Positions 1 to 25,421 of a stretch of DNA of 64,000 bases are shown piece by piece. Source of the stretch: Amoebidium appalachense. Lineage: Eukaryota; Protista; Ichthyosporea. The translations under genes were made by a program, and so were the position numbers. The DNA is taken from NCBI GenBank assembly GCA_963693365.1, contig CAVNZM010000013.1, positions 2,691,817-2,755,816 of the forward strand, in the 5' to 3' direction. How positions within the stretch are numbered: the first letter of the stretch is position 1; each line of letters opens with the position of its first letter. Below the pieces are notes generated by a model that saw only the letters and a program-made list of their open reading frames with translations, had not been told where the DNA came from and made no database searches.

Positions 1-182
1 ACATATGAATAGTTCTAGTAATGGCGATACACAATTTAGATGAGGAAAAGGGAGTCACGTGCACCGGCTGGTCATGTGTTGCGAAGAACGTTCCCCCGGC
101 TCCGGGCAGGGCTGCTCCGGGCCCCAATTGGCCCCCTCTTAGTGATCATTAGGAGCTCATGGTCTCTCCGATGGCATGCGCA

Positions 183-224
<42 letters not shown>

Positions 225-1271
225 ACCCTTACCTCTCCCACGCACACACACACACACACACTGCCCCCCCCCTCCCCCCCCCGGGGCCAGCTCCGCGTTT
301 TGCCCCAAAACAACAGCGGCATACGCGAGCCAGGCGCATGCGTGACGACCCGAGTCGGAAGTTGAGGTTAGCGCTAGCCTAATGCAATGGAGCTGATAAT
401 TTATGCGATGGCGTGCATATGAGTGCATATGCCGATAATAAATAGACCACTCAGCCACTCAGGTTTGCTGAGGGCCATCCCACGGCCTCTGAACACGGTC
501 CTCAATGTGTTCAGAGGGCCGTGCTCTATAGCTGGGGCCTCTAGCCATGCGCGCCTGGGCAGATCTATTTGTGAGGAATAGATCTATTTGGCACATGATG
601 ATTGGATAAATAGAATTCACCAATCAAAACATATCTAGGGCCAAATCAGAGCGGAACTTTCACTAACCCAAAGTTTCCCTTCCCAACCGTTTGCGGTGTC
701 AGGTCCCCAGGACGAACAGAGTCACACACCGCCCGAACAACATTCCTACACCACACGGCCTCTAAGCGATGTACATGTTATTTGACTGTTAGTTTTTCCA
801 GTAAGTGAAAACGAGGGAGGTCCCGAGGATCTACGCTGTACAGCTCAAGGATCGATTTGGAGAAGCGAATTGGAGGGCCAAGACACCTCAACCCATGCGT
901 ATCTATTTTGCTTCTTGTGCACGCAGGTGGCAGCTGTAAAACCTGTCAAAGAAAGCTTAGTGTTCCTTTTTCTATTTGTGCTGATGAAATTCACAACAGT
1001 GCGTGCCATTTTTGTGCAGGTTGCACACCCCGGCCCTATTGTCATATGGATACGTGATACATGTGATCACCACAAAAACCTGGGAACGTGCGAAAGAGTG
1101 ACGCCCAAACACAACAATGCCGTATCTAAACGCGTATAAAAGCTCAAAATACAAACGGACAGCCAACACATACACAATAGGTCACTCGAGCATACATACC
1201 TAGAGCCCCTGTTTGTGTGGAAGTAGTGCTGGAAAAACTTAAGCTTGGTTCCAAATTTTTATTCTGCAAAA

Positions 1272-1819
1272 ATGAAGGTCTTTGTTGCTTCCGTTGCTCT
1301 TATCTCTGCCTTGGCCATTGGTGAGTTTACTTCCTCTTGTCTTTCGTTCAATACAGACCCAGTTCATAATAAAGCAGACACGTGCACAGAATCTGCTGTG
1401 AACACCTTTGTAATATTTAATTAATCCCCCACAGCGACTACTATAATGATTATAATTTCAACCCTCTTTCCTGGGCCCGGTTTTTCCAATCCTCCCCCCC
1501 CCTCCCCCCCCCCCCCCCCCCCCCTTCCCACCCCGGGGCTCCGAGCCTCTCCTTAGAGCGCAAGCTGTTGAGAGCCATCTCCAAATCTTCCTATCTCTTG
1601 ATCTTGTTATAAATCCCTTCTCAATGGCATCTTGTTGTTACTACGGTTTGCTACCCCCCCCCCCCCCCCCCCCCCCCCCTCCCCCCCTGTCTGCCATGCA
1701 CACACGCGGGCACCCACACACACACACACACACACACACTTGCATGCGCCAACACACTTGTTATAAATTCCTCCTCAGTGGCATGGCGTAGTTTGTTTCC
1801 CCCTCCCCGGGAGGCTCCC

Positions 1820-1852
<33 letters not shown>

Positions 1853-2735
1853 CCTGCCCCCCTTCCCACCTCCTCCTCTTCCCTCCCCTCCCTAACAGGC
1901 ACACATGAACAGACGCGGGCACCACACATACACACGCACGGACACAAGAATGCATCATGATACACACACTGCACATCCATGCACCAACACATGTACACCC
2001 ACACACACAAACACACACGCACCCAATCATCCACACGTACGCACACACACGCACCTACACCATCACCACCCATACATATTCAAACTTACGTTTTGCACAC
2101 ACAGGCCAGGTGCACGGGGCCAATGTGTGCTACTTCAACGGCACCTCGTGTGCGGGGGAGGGTGTGTGCCGCCAGGCCGAGCCAAACACGGGGGCATGTG
2201 CTGAGGCAGCCATGGGCACGTACGGCACATTCACAAAGGTGCGTGTGTGGGTGTGTGTGTGTGCGTGCGCGCGCGTGTGTGTGTGTGTGTCTGTGTGTGT
2301 CTGTGTGTGTGTGTGCTTGTTGCGGGGGAAGAGGGGGGGGGGGGGGAGGAGGGGGGTGCCTTGTCGGTGCCATGGCTATGGTGTGCAACTCCATAAATCT
2401 TTTTGAAGGAGAGGCAGGCGGGAGAGCGGGCGGGGAGGGGGGGGGAGGGGGGGAGAGGGGGGAAGGGAGGGGTAGGGGGGAGGGGTACAGGTGCAGGGGA
2501 CGGGAGTACAGGTGCGGCAAGCAATGCGTGTGTGAAGGGGAGAGGAGGGAACGGGGGCAGGGTGGGGGAAGGGGGGGGGGAAGGGGGGAGGTGGGGGGGG
2601 TGGGGATGGGGGAGGGCCGTTGAATCTGCGGTGGGTGGGTCTACATGTGAAGATGTCATGCTGATCATGATGCAGTGGTTGTGGCTCTGGATGATGCATC
2701 CTCTTGTTTTTGTTACGTTCCTAAAATGACCCCCC

Positions 2736-2766
<31 letters not shown>

Positions 2767-3667
2767 AGGAGGGCAACAAGTACACGCTGTCGTTCTTCAC
2801 CAGCCCCACGTGCCAGGCCCCGCCAGTGCTCACCATCTCGGCAGCCAGTGCCCAGTGTGTGCCCGTCGACTCCCCCACGGGCCAGAACCCGGAGGTGTCC
2901 CTGCGCATCGACGAGGGAGGTACTGTGTGCACCACCATATTACCCGCCTCCTCCCCCGCCCCCCCTTCTCTTCATAAAATATTAGCTCGTACACTTTCCA
3001 CTTGGCTGGCGTTAAACAATGCGAAGAGTTCGAATTTTTGCCCTGCCTCCTATTTGTATGGCCCCTTCTCCCCCTCCCCCCCGCCCCCCCTCCCCCCCTC
3101 CCCCCCCCCTCCACACACACACACAGACACGCCGAACACCACTGCCCACTGGTACTGCCACCATCATCCTTCCTCACTCGTATGCCCACAAACTGAAAGC
3201 ACACGAACACATCTCAAACTGTGGTCCATTCCCTCCCCCCCCCCCCTTCCTCCCTCCCCCAACCCCTTCTAGTCTCCCCCCAACCCCATCCCCAACCTCC
3301 CCCTCCCCCCCCTTTTCTCGTTGATGTGCACTGGCAGAAGGCATGATTCGTGCAAATTCTTCCCACTTCCTCTCCACTTCTTCCCCTCCACTTCTTCCCC
3401 TCCCCTCCCCCCCCCCCCCCCACCCTTTCCCTCCTACCCCACCACCACTTTGACTCACCCCACCCAATCACAGAGGCCCGCAACGGCACCACCGCCACCA
3501 CTGCGCCCAGCCACACCCCCACCGTGCCCACCACTTCCATATTTGGCAACCCCACCACCGCTGCAGCCCAAGCTCCCACAGCCACCGCGACCAGCAGTGC
3601 AAATTCAAACGCAATCTCAATCTCTGCTGTGGGCCTAATTGCTGCCGCCGCTGCTTTGATTATGTAA
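1272..3667 (+). CDS. Small secreted, probably GPI-anchored Cys-rich protein with Thr/Ala/Pro stalk (4 exons, ~175 aa)
   Basis: Exons 1272-1320, 2105-2238, 2769-2919, 3474-3667 join via GT-AG introns in consistent phase (528 nt). N-terminal signal-like MKVFVASVALISALAIG, six Cys in the middle, stalk ARNGTTATTAPSHTPTVPTT..., hydrophobic C-terminus SSANSNAISISAVGLIAAAAALIM*. Confidence 0.85.
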
Positions 3668-4225
3668 GATTAACAATTTGGGTATATTTTCCATGTATGA
3701 CTGTATATGTACTTATGACTCGTTGGACCTATACATATAGTGTGCAAATAGGCCGGACCTTTGATACTATCATCCCAGGTACTCTTTCTGTCAAACAAAT
3801 TCACCAGCGGTTGCCTAGTGGCCATGGTTGCTGTTAGCGACAGTGTGTGATATTCTGTACATGTGTAAGCTAAAGTTGCAGTAGGTGATCTATCCGCCAC
3901 TACTTACATCATAAGTTGAAAGGTTTCCGATGTCCCCAACTGGTAATGGGTTGAGCCCAGCCCCAGTGGGTTGATATTCCGAAACTCGAAATAAATTGAT
4001 CGTGGCATAACATGACATGACATCCGGATTGCGGGGAAAGGGAGATTATTCTTTTCGTTCGTTGTACAGTAACTTTAAACTTTCCTTTCTGGCTCATCCG
4101 TCCTCCTTGAACCACTAGTAGGCCTGTTAACATATTTGTAGCCCATACATAGTTGCTAGACATGCACGCGCACACGTGTACACCTAGTGCGCTCATGTGC
4201 ACGGCATGAATATGCACACATTGCA

Positions 4226-4271
<46 letters not shown>

Positions 4272-5146
4272 GTGATAAACACACACAAACACCGAATGTG
4301 TCCAGACATGCACACCAGCCTGTCACACACACACACACACACACACCAACCCACAAGCACACATGGCTCACACACACAAAAAGATACATACATACAAACA
4401 CGCACACACGCACACAGTCACTCACACCCACACATATACTCAAAAATATCTTCCGTACATACACACCACCAGTGCACATACACACACACACACACAAATG
4501 CGCAAATCCGCCAGCACACATGGCTCACACACATAATTACAGTGTGATGCATGCACACACGCGCACACTCTGAGTCACATGCACATGCACACACACACGC
4601 ACAACGCGTGGCACGCACACGCAATCACTCACTCACACACACACCCGCACACACAAATTGTGTTCCACGCATACACACCAGTGCACACACACAAAACTAC
4701 ACAAAAGACGCAAGCACACATGGCTCACACATACAAACACACACACACGAACTCACACACACACGCACACACACATACACACATTACACACACAGACATA
4801 CACACTACACACACACGCACAGGCACATTCAAATACACACCATGTGTACACACACACACACACACAAAACGTCTTCAAACACACACACACACGGCATACA
4901 ATGTCATGCATATGCATGGCTCACACACACAAATACATCATCCTTACATATGCACCCCCTCCCCCTTTCCCCGTACCACCACACCCCACCGCAACCAGCC
5001 AACCCCCGCTGAAGCACACACAATGTATCGGCGATGTGCCCAACCGTTGCATTTATTCAAATCTTTCGACTGCATTATATGTCCTTCGTACCATGCTGCA
5101 TTTCTTACAGTTTTGAGTCAAATACCCACACATGTACTCGGATATC

Positions 5147-5194
<48 letters not shown>

Positions 5195-5326
5195 AAAAAA
5201 AAAAAAAAACGAACGAACAAACAGACAAACAAAAAAAGAAACAGACATCATAATGTCATTATGTGTTCTTCGTGCATGACAGGTCTCCCCCCCCCCCCAC
5301 CCCCCCTCTCCCACCCCCCCCCCCAT

Positions 5327-5460
<134 letters not shown>

Positions 5461-5652
5461 GTCACCCCAACCATTTATGTCTTACATATGCCCACGGAGT
5501 CCATATACACCCCTAACCCAAAATTTGGCTATTAATATAGTGGCCTCATTCCCATAGACCATTATTTATTATTCCTCCTTTCCGATTGGACTATTGTTGA
5601 GTTCAAAGCAACCACTAGGATTTGTGCCTTTTTGATTGGTTGCCGCAGCATA

Positions 5653-15805
<10,153 letters not shown>

Positions 15806-16321
15806 TTTGTAGGTCTGCTGTCTCCCCGTGTTCTGTCCGCTTTCCTGTTTTCAGGGATTTTCAAAGAAAGGAGAACCTTCCCCTTTTCCTTACTTAACGC
15901 ACAAAAACTTTCACTTCTCTACTAACGATGCTACTCGCTCCTGGTCCATGAACGAAACACCTTGTAAGCTCTCTCTCCCGGCGGTATGTAGTCACAGGGG
16001 TGGTCGAAATTGGGCAAAGGTTGCATATAGGCTGATGCAGACTCGCTCATAATAGCGAAATGGCCCAAATGGGGCAAATCAGGACACTGTAACCCCGGAG
16101 AATGATTGCGCAATCATTTATCTGTAACTATGAGATATACGGAGATATACGGCTTTTGTGATATCCAGGGATAGGGTGTGGAGAAGCAGAAACCACCTCA
16201 CACAGCCACATGTCAGCAGGGAAAGTCAATATCCCTCATATGTATGTAGGTATACCTTGAACTTTGCGTCGATTATCAATCGCACTGCAAATATATATAT
16301 GTATATATATACATATATACA

Positions 16322-16353
<32 letters not shown>

Positions 16354-17059
16354 AATGTACACATGAATTGGTTTGCAAACGTTTTTTTTTTTTTTCTTTT
16401 TTAAAAAAAAGAGAGTTTTTTCTTCGCTAGGAGCATTGGACAGCATCGGAGCTCGAGACAGAGGAAACAGTGGATCCGTGTGCAAGATATGTAGGTGATA
16501 GCAGTGGTCGTGAAAATTTGGTGATGTATGCCGGGTAAAGGCGACGTTGGCATAAGAACACTGATTGCTCGAGGTCAAGTCCACATGCAGAGAAATTAAA
16601 CAGACACACGTACACGTGGGCACACAAGGAACATGCTAATTTGTATTTCTATAAAACTAATAGAAAAAGCAGATTATTGTGCCGTGTGATTCTGAATTCA
16701 TGAGATATATGGCTTTTTGTGCATGCGTGATATATATAAATTTGTCTGAAGCAACAATGTACATGCATACTATCTCCTCAATTGCATTATCGGCCATGGC
16801 CATGGGGTTGGCAATAATTATCATGCACGTGCATCGCAACTTCGGATATCCATTCGCATAGATAGACAAGCTGCCCAAACCCTCAATACTTTATATTTCA
16901 TTCAGTCAAGGTTTTTGCCGCCCAGCGGCAAGAATATCATGTTTCCCTTTTTGTTCGCAAATGTTAGTACGCAAAACGGTTTATGTATGTACACACAGGC
17001 TATGTTAGAATTTCATATCAAAGACAGCCAGCGAAGTTTGAATTCTTTCAGGTCCCAGA

Positions 17060-17187
<128 letters not shown>

Positions 17188-17374
17188 GTGCAATCGAGTC
17201 AATTACGATAACGTTTCTTTTTGAGAGCACTACTGTAACAATCTGCTGTTTCTATTGCGCGAGTGAAAAAGCCTTAGACTAGACCACCACAAGCCGCCGG
17301 GTGCATTTGTGCCTCTACATATAATGCCCCCCCCCCCCCCCCCCCCTCCCCCCCCCCCCCCCCCCCCCCCCCTC

Positions 17375-17406
<32 letters not shown>

Positions 17407-17620
17407 TGCGCCGCCCACCCCTGCCCTGTATGCATGCTCTATGCAAAATGCAGGTGATGTTTTTATTAAAAACGCTACCAAACCCCTTCCACTTTTTTTT
17501 TTTTTTTCTCATTGAATAAAGTGGAGGGGGAGATACTGTTCAGGCAGAGGAGATACATACAAACCACCAGAAACCATTCCAACCACTTAAAAAAACGAAA
17601 ATGTTTAGTCCACAAATCTC

Positions 17621-17745
17621 CTATTTTCCGTCTCCCTTCAACTCGACTATCCGCGCCTTTTTAACCCCGGCCTGTCCCTCCTCCTCCTCCGACTCTGCCC
17701 CGTCTTCGTCGCTATCGTCCGAGTTGAACACACCCAGTGACAGTG

Positions 17746-17831
<86 letters not shown>

Positions 17832-18324
17832 TGTGTGAGTGTGTGTGTGAGTGAGTGGGTGAATGAGTGAGTGGGTGAGAGAGTGAGTGGGTGAGTGGGT
17901 GGGTGGGTGAGTGAGCGTGTAGGTGTGTGTGTGCGTGTGTGTCTGTGCGTGTACACACACGCGTGTGTGCTGGTGTGTGAATGTTCGGGTGTGTGTATGT
18001 ATGCCGTGCTCATACAGAAACGGTGTGTGTGTGTTTGTGTGTGTGTCAGGACGTGTGTGTCAAATACGCATGCAAGCCAACACAGTGTACGTCTGTACAG
18101 GCTAACGTGTCTGCACGCGTGAGCATCTACACAAAAGCACATGTACGTGAAGAGGTTAATGGGAGAAAACTGTTAAGTGTGTGGTGTCGATGGCACGTAA
18201 TCACTGGAAAAGTAAGACAGGGTTGAAAAAGACGGTGGTGGGTGGATAGGTGGTGGGGTCAGAGCAACAAGATGCAATACACAATACGAAAAGTGGCAGG
18301 AAGGGGGGACAGGGGGCGCGCGAA

Positions 18325-18359
<35 letters not shown>

Positions 18360-20019
18360 GGAAAGGGAAATTAAAGACTTAGAATGTGCTATGCACTCAC
18401 ACAGCACGTACACGGGGTAAAAAGACACAACCGAAAAACACAGCAGAGTACACACGTACGAATACTTGTGCTAAGGGTGGGTGGGTGGGGGGTGTTAAGC
18501 ATCTATTCCTGAACTACACAACGGTAAAGCGGGACAAACCGAATATTGGAGAATTTGAACATCGGAGAATTTGCCCCCTCGGGGAGGAGGGGGGGGGGGG
18601 GGAGGAAACGTATCGAGACAAAAAGGAGGATGATTTAAAGGTTGAGGAAACAGTGGTTGCATGAGAAAAGCGAAATGGGTGAGATGGAAAGGAATATTGG
18701 AAATAGACACGAATAACATGTGCACCTGGAGAAAATGAAAGATGGCTGGCTGGAAGTCCTGCGATAAGGAAAAAAAGGGGTTGGGGGGGGGGGGGGGGGG
18801 GGGAGGGGGGGAGGGGGGAGGATTCGGTTGTATGCAGTAGAGGGCGGGAGAAATCGGTACACAACAAAGGCGAGCACAGGAGAAGACAAAAGCACAAGCA
18901 CCAATAAGAAATTTCAGCCCCGACAGGCACACGCACCATTTCCACGTGGGGTTTTTCCTGATCCACCACCTCGATGTCGAATGTGCCGGGGGGTTGCAAT
19001 GCAATTTCCTTCTCCAGTTGCTGATTGGCTTGCGCCATCTGGGGCAGGAACGCGCTCACCCGCTCAAGAACTGCCATATTTGGAAACGAAAGGAGGTCAG
19101 TGATTGGATAAGAGGCAGCCAGTCACTCGAAACGGCCTAGTTATGTGTTGTTAATGCCCATAAACTTAGATAATGCGCTGTCAAACTTCGTCTAACACCT
19201 GTATCTTCTTTCTGTCTCCCCCCCCCCCCCACCTTTTTTCTCCCACTTAATCATTTCATCCTTTTTGCTCCACGCACAAGGCAGCCTACGCACATTATCC
19301 GCTGGTGTACGCACATGCATCGGAAGAAGAAAAAGAAACTTACACGGTGAACGGGGAAGAAGGGGAGGGAGGGGGGGGGGGGGGGAGGGGATTCAGGGAG
19401 GGCGAGTAGGGAGAGATGGCATATATGCAAGGGAAGAATGAGCAGAAGTGGATATGGTTCGGCTGCTAGAGTTAGGGGGGAGAAGAGAGGGCTTTGAATG
19501 CGTTACACATTACAGGTGACAAAACAACATACAACACCAACAGCAAATTTGCAAAGCATGCACACAGAATAATGCATCATTCGGCCTCTAGAGCATATCC
19601 TTAGAGGGGGCCCAACTCATTCAGAGGGGGGAGGGGGGAGGGGCAGGGCGGGGGGGTTTTGAATGCGTCAAAAAGTACGAAGTACACAAGAACAAACGGA
19701 TAACACGATGCAGAATGCAAGCCATACATAAAGAGGATGCATAATAAGCAGAGCCCATCCTCAGGGGGGCCCACGTCATCCACAGTACCCAGGCAGGGCG
19801 GGGGGGGGGGGGGGGGTAGAGGAAGGGTGTAAGAGCGGAAGAAAAGGGGGTTGAGAGGGGTGGTCGATGGGGCGGGCGGTGGGGGGCCGTGGGGGGGGGG
19901 GGGGGGGGGGGGGGGTTCGGGGGGATGGGGAGGGGAGGGGGGAGGCACGGGGCAGTGTGAAGCAGTATCATGGAACGATGGAAGGTGTGTGTTTTGTGTG
20001 TGTGTGCGTGCGTGTGTGT

Positions 20020-20066
<47 letters not shown>

Positions 20067-20516
20067 AGAAAGGTGAGTTGCTGGCCCTGGAAATGCAGGG
20101 AGGGGGGGCAGGGAGGGGGGGAGGGGGAGGGGCAGGGGGTGTGTGTGGTCAGGAAGAAGGAAAGTGTTGTGTGCCTGTGTGTGTGCTTGTGGGCGGGGAG
20201 GGGAGGGAGGGGGGGGGGGGGGGGGCTGGGGGGGCCGGGGGAAGTTGGGGATTGTGAGACGGAAACCAGGGGGTGGCACTCCCAGGGGGGCAGGGAGGGG
20301 GGGGGGGGGGGGGGGGGGGGGGAGGGGGGGGGGGGGGTATGCATTTTAGGAGTTTCACTCATGCAAGCAAAGACAAAATAAACCACACAAAAAAAAAGTT
20401 TTCGGAATTCATCATTAGGGGGGATCATATGCCGGGAGAGTGTGTGCGTGTGTGTGTGAAGGGGGGGGGGGGGGGGGGGGGGTTTCAGTATGCGGGTGCG
20501 TGTTTGTGGGCTTGTG

Positions 20517-20558
<42 letters not shown>

Positions 20559-21449
20559 TATGTGTGTGTGTGTGTGTGTGCGCACGCGCGCGTGGGGGTG
20601 TATGTGTGTCTGTGTGCGTGTAGGTGGGTGGCTGTGTGTGTGTGTGTGTGTGTGTGTGTGCATGTGCATGCCCACGGGTGCGTCTCTCTCTGTGAATGCA
20701 CGCCTGCATGCGTGCGTACACGCGCACATGTGTGCATTGTGTGTCTGTGTACAGGGCATGTGCATGTGTGTGTGTGTGTGTTTGTGTGCGTGTGTGTGCA
20801 CATCTGTATCCATGTGAGCTCCCTGGAGCAAATCAGGTAGAAGGTTGGATGGAAGGCCGAAAGAGAAGTGGGACGGGGCAAGGAGAGCAGGCGGGGACGG
20901 GGGGGGGGGGGGGGGGGGGGGGGGGGATGCAATATCAGGAAAAAGGCGGGGGGGGGGGGGGGGGGAGGAGGGGGAGGGGGGAGGGGGATGGGGAAGGGGG
21001 AGGGGGAGGGGGTCGAATGTGTGGGGTGAGAGCAGCGGGAGGGATGACGGGGCCGGGGGGGGGAGGGAAGTGGGGGGGTTGTGAAATTGTGCCTGCTGCC
21101 TTACCGCTACTTTGAGGCAACCTTGTGATCTTTGGTGGCTGCATGGGTCTTTCCAGTGCATCTTTCTTGTTTTTCCCAATTAGCAGTGCTGTGTTTTTGA
21201 AGAAAGGTTAGGAACACCCAAAAACTTCAAAAAAAAGAGAAAAAAAAAAAAGAAAAGAAAAAGGAGTAGAGGCAGCGGAACAGTTGGGACCTTCGGAACA
21301 GTTGTAGACAGGCAATATCTAAAGTAGGCTTCTTTTTTCCAAATACCTTTTTTTTTTATTTTTTAAAAAAAGGATGTTTGTGTTACAAGGAAGAATGGTG
21401 TCCCAAACGGGCGGGGAGGTACGGGCATGGGTGGGTGGGTGGTGTGGCC

Positions 21450-21484
<35 letters not shown>

Positions 21485-21602
21485 GGGGGGTAGTATGTGT
21501 TACTGAACGCGAAGCACACATTCGTGACGGACAACACACTGAATAATGCAAAGCACGCCCAAGAGTTCGCCATCCATGATAAGCAAAGTACAAGGGGAAG
21601 AA

Positions 21603-21634
<32 letters not shown>

Positions 21635-23796
21635 ATGGAAGGTAGCATGAGCGAAAGGACAAGGTTGGAGGAAGGGAGGCGCAGCGAGGAGGGGGGGGGG
21701 GGGAGGGAGGGAGAAATGTGTGCCAGAGAGGGGGGGCGCGGGGGGGGGGGGGGGGGGGGGAGGAGAGGGGGGAGGGAGGGAGGGGAAATCGGAAGGAGAG
21801 AGAGAGAGTTAGGATAGACCACGTGTGATGATAGCAAGCCTCGCACAGGCGAAGGTTCGGGGGAATAGGGCAGAATGGGTAGATGGGCACGGGGGGGAGA
21901 AGAAAGGGGGGCAGAGGGGGGGAGGGGGGGGGGGGGGGTGGAGATGAAGAAGAGGGGCAAGAGGGGAGAAAGAATTTGGGGGGTTTGTGGGGGAGGGGGT
22001 GGGGGGGTAGGGGAGAAAGGATTGGGAGGTTGGGAGGGGAGGGGGGGGGGGGGGGAGGAAGTTGATGGGGCGTTGTATAGAGGGGGCGAGAGGGTCAGGC
22101 GCGGAGGGGGGGGGGGGGGGGGGGGAGGGGGGAGGAGGGGGAGGAGGGGAGGCAGGAGGGGAGGGCGGGCGGCGGCGGGGGGGGGGGGGGGGGGGGGTTT
22201 GTAAAAATGACAAAACCAAAAATAGACGAACAATAACAAGTAATCATAGCCACAACAACTCCAAACCATGTGGGTCGAGTCGAAAGGAGGATAACGAGGG
22301 AACGGGAGGGGTGAGGTTTGGAGGGGGGGGGGGGGGGGTGAGAGAGGAGCCATACGGAACGATGTTTAAGGTCGAAAGAAGGGGAGGGGGAGGGGGAGGG
22401 GGGTTTGAATGCGGAACACGGTACGAAGTACGCATACACGAAGGACACATGCAAAAGCAAATATTCAAGTATGCAACATCACGGTCGAAAGAAGGGGAGG
22501 GGAAGGGGGAGGGGGGTTTGAATGCGGAACACGGTATGAAGTACGCATACACGAAGGACACATGCAAAAGCAAATATTCAAGTATGCAACATAGCCATGC
22601 GCGCAGTATGTGTCATAAGCAGAGCCCATCCTCAGGGAGGGAAGGGGGAGGGGGGGGGGGGGGTGTTTGAATGCGGAACACAGTACGAAGTACGCATACA
22701 CGATGAGAAGCATGGTGCAGGACACATGCAAAGGCAAACATTCAAGTATGCAGCATCAGCCATGCGCACAGTATGCGTCATAAGCAGAGCCCATCCTCAG
22801 GGAGGGCCCAAGTCATCAATTGCGTCTGAGTTTCGACCCCTTAGCCCGCGTATATACGACGCTCCAACTCAGACAGCAGCATCAACTGAACTTGGGTGGG
22901 TCAACCCGTCTTGATCAAAGACGAGCAGGGTTGCTTATGCAAGCAAGGTGAGCAAAACGGTGAAGATGTATGTGCAAACTAATGCAGTGCAGCGACAAAC
23001 GCGTATGTGCTTACAGATGCACGACACAGAGCAACCATGCCCGGTTGCATGGAGGGGGTAGGGGGTGGAGCGGGTAGAGGACCAGGAGAGAAGCAGAAAA
23101 AGAACAGGAGGGGGCAGGGGAGGGGGACGGGTGGATGGGCCACGACACAGACAAGTATGAGAGGACACTTGACCTGGGGGGGAGGGGGGGGGGGGGGAGG
23201 AAGGGGAGGCGGGGAGAGAAGGGGGGTGCAATCAAAAAGTGGATGCAGAGTGATCAGCTGTAGAGCAGCAACGGGTAGGGGTGGGTGTGTTGGGGGGGGA
23301 GGGGGGGGGAGGGGGGGAGGGAGGGGAGGAGGGGGGAGAGGCTGCTACAGGGTGGTGGATAAAACAAAAGCCGTGAAAAGCAGGTGGGGGTAGAGAAAGG
23401 GTGGGGAGTGTGTGTGCGTGTGGCAGAGGAGGGGGGCGAAAGAAGGGGGGGAGGGGGGGGGGAGAAGGGACGGGGGGTAGCGGGAGCAGAATAAGATAGG
23501 AATTCGGCAAGGGGGGAACGCAATGGAAACAATGGTGGGCAGGCAGTGGAAAAAAGGACGGCTTTCTTGAAGTGGGTAGAAGGTTAGGGGTGCTTCAGTA
23601 CTTGTTGCGTGAGAAATATGCTGATGGAAAGGGAAGTTTGGTGCACGTGCAAGATTAAAATGAATGATCACAGTAGATGTGTCCTCTACATCTTTATGAA
23701 TGTATACGTGTAGTGTACGAGTTTGTGTGTGCGAGGGGCTGTGCACGTAGTAAAGTGGGTGGGTGTAGTGGGGATGAGGACTGGATGAGCTATGGG

Positions 23797-23876
<80 letters not shown>

Positions 23877-24056
23877 GGAGGGGGGCGGGAGGAGTAATCC
23901 ATAATGCACGTATGAAAGTTCGTGTGTGTTTGTGTGTGTGTGGGGGGGGGGGGGGGGGGGGGGGGGGGGGAGCAGCTTACTTGTAAGAGGCTCTCCCGAA
24001 ACACCAAGTAGCTCCTTCGAGTGCTCCACTTTCTTTTGCTCTTTCCTTTTTGACAT
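17621..24056 (-). CDS. NOPCHAP1: NOPCHAP1/C12orf45 (DUF4598)-like NOP58 chaperone, 4 exons, ~139 aa
   Basis: Exons 24056-23981, 21188-21105, 19070-18937, 17746-17621, GT-AG, phases consistent (420 nt). Motifs [47 protein letters not shown], acidic tail and RIVEL recall DUF4598. Confidence 0.82.
19658..19780 (-). repeat. Second-subfamily interspersed repeat copy
   Basis: Matches 11884-11984 and continues AGAGCCCATCCTCAGGGGGGCC like the 260-bp family. Confidence 0.65.
22404..22926 (-). mobile_element. SINE-like repeat copy 2 (22666-22926) plus two adjacent truncated relatives
   Basis: Full copy matches 10499-10759; partial copies starting TTTGAATGCGGAACACGG at ~22404 and ~22517, each next to a G tract. 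Confidence 0.7.
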
Positions 24057-24698
24057 TCTTGCAAATGAAATGAACAAACTCCTGTGAACAATTAGTGGGC
24101 ACAACCTTTTTGCTTTGTGCTCAAGATAACTGGTAGATTATTTGTGTGTGAGAGAGAACTGGTGCACCCACATAGGCTGCTGCAAAGAACATGGATGGTC
24201 GTGGTGCAAAGTATGGGCTTCGGCGACTTTGATGTCAAAGGATAGAGGTTTGGGAAAATTAGATGTCAGCACCTAAAATTTTAGAAGGGAAAAACAGGTT
24301 CCTGATGATCTTCGGTTCTCTCGCAGATTAGTCAAGGGCACTATGCAGGTCAAAGCTGTCTTCTTAAACTTGCGGACTGCGATTGAGACAAGCGGAGACT
24401 TCTCATATCGTGAGACTTAGTAAATAGAAGGACAACTTGAAAGCATCGACGCAGAGAAACCGAGAAATCGAAATGGAAAAACTAGAAACACGAGTACAAA
24501 ATGAAATTCACGTGAACACCGGTACCCCACAGCCTGTGCACACGTGTGCACGTGGGCGGGTGTAACGGTCGCAGGCGCAGTGGCTCACCAAACAATGCAT
24601 TCCTTTGCCCATATATGGTAATATTGCATTTATTTACCTGACTCATGGCTGTGCTTCTCTGTTGTACATGTCCTTCAGAATTTGGGGATATATGGTTT

Positions 24699-24743
<45 letters not shown>

Positions 24744-25421
24744 AGTAATAGAAAACAATACAACCATGTACTTGAAAGGCACGCTTCTCTTTGTATTTCG
24801 GAGGGAGGCTCGAGTGCACCGGCGGTGCGTGTGACGTCACACTTATTCGCATTTTAAAATGTACGAATTTGATTGGCTGTCACAGAAGCTTTTTTAGACC
24901 GGAACAAAACAAAACATTCCGCCAACTTAAGTGCCAACCTTGGCGAAAGGCTGGGCCAAAAAACTCTCTTCCGTTTTTCCTTCAGTTCTAACTTTTCAGT
25001 CGTAATCTCTAGAACATATGTAGAAAGCACTAAAGCAACACAGTGTACACGCCTAGCTTGCCGGGATTTTCCATCGTCAAACGGTTAGTCGTTAAGTTCC
25101 TTGAAGCTCACACGTTGTTATCGTGTGTGCTTGTTTTCTTGTGACCTGACCCGGCTCATGGAAGAGTCGGGGGGAGAAAGAAAAAAGAAAAACGGGAGGA
25201 AGCTGCAAAGGAAACTCTTTATACAGCTCATCCGGGTCCAATAAGAAGACTTTATTAGTAACATCTTTCTCACCCTTTTTAAATTACCTAAATCAGGTTG
25301 CTCTCTTCTTTTTTTTACGTTATGAGTTCTCATCTATCCCCCTAAAACTCCACACGCTCACCGTATGAAGTCAACAATCTAATATAGCTACTCGAGAACC
25401 AAGGTCGCTCATTCTTGTAAA
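24057..25421. promoter_or_regulatory. Divergent intergenic/promoter region between NOPCHAP1-like and EDR2-like genes
   Basis: Head-to-head ATGs 1.37 kb apart; microsatellite-poor; palindromic CRE-like GTGACGTCAC at 24831-24840 and reverse CCAAT (GATTGGCT) at 24871. Confidence 0.5.

Noticed and set aside
845-1175. Short ORFs upstream of the GPI protein gene
   Set aside because: No motifs or splice support; probably promoter or UTR.
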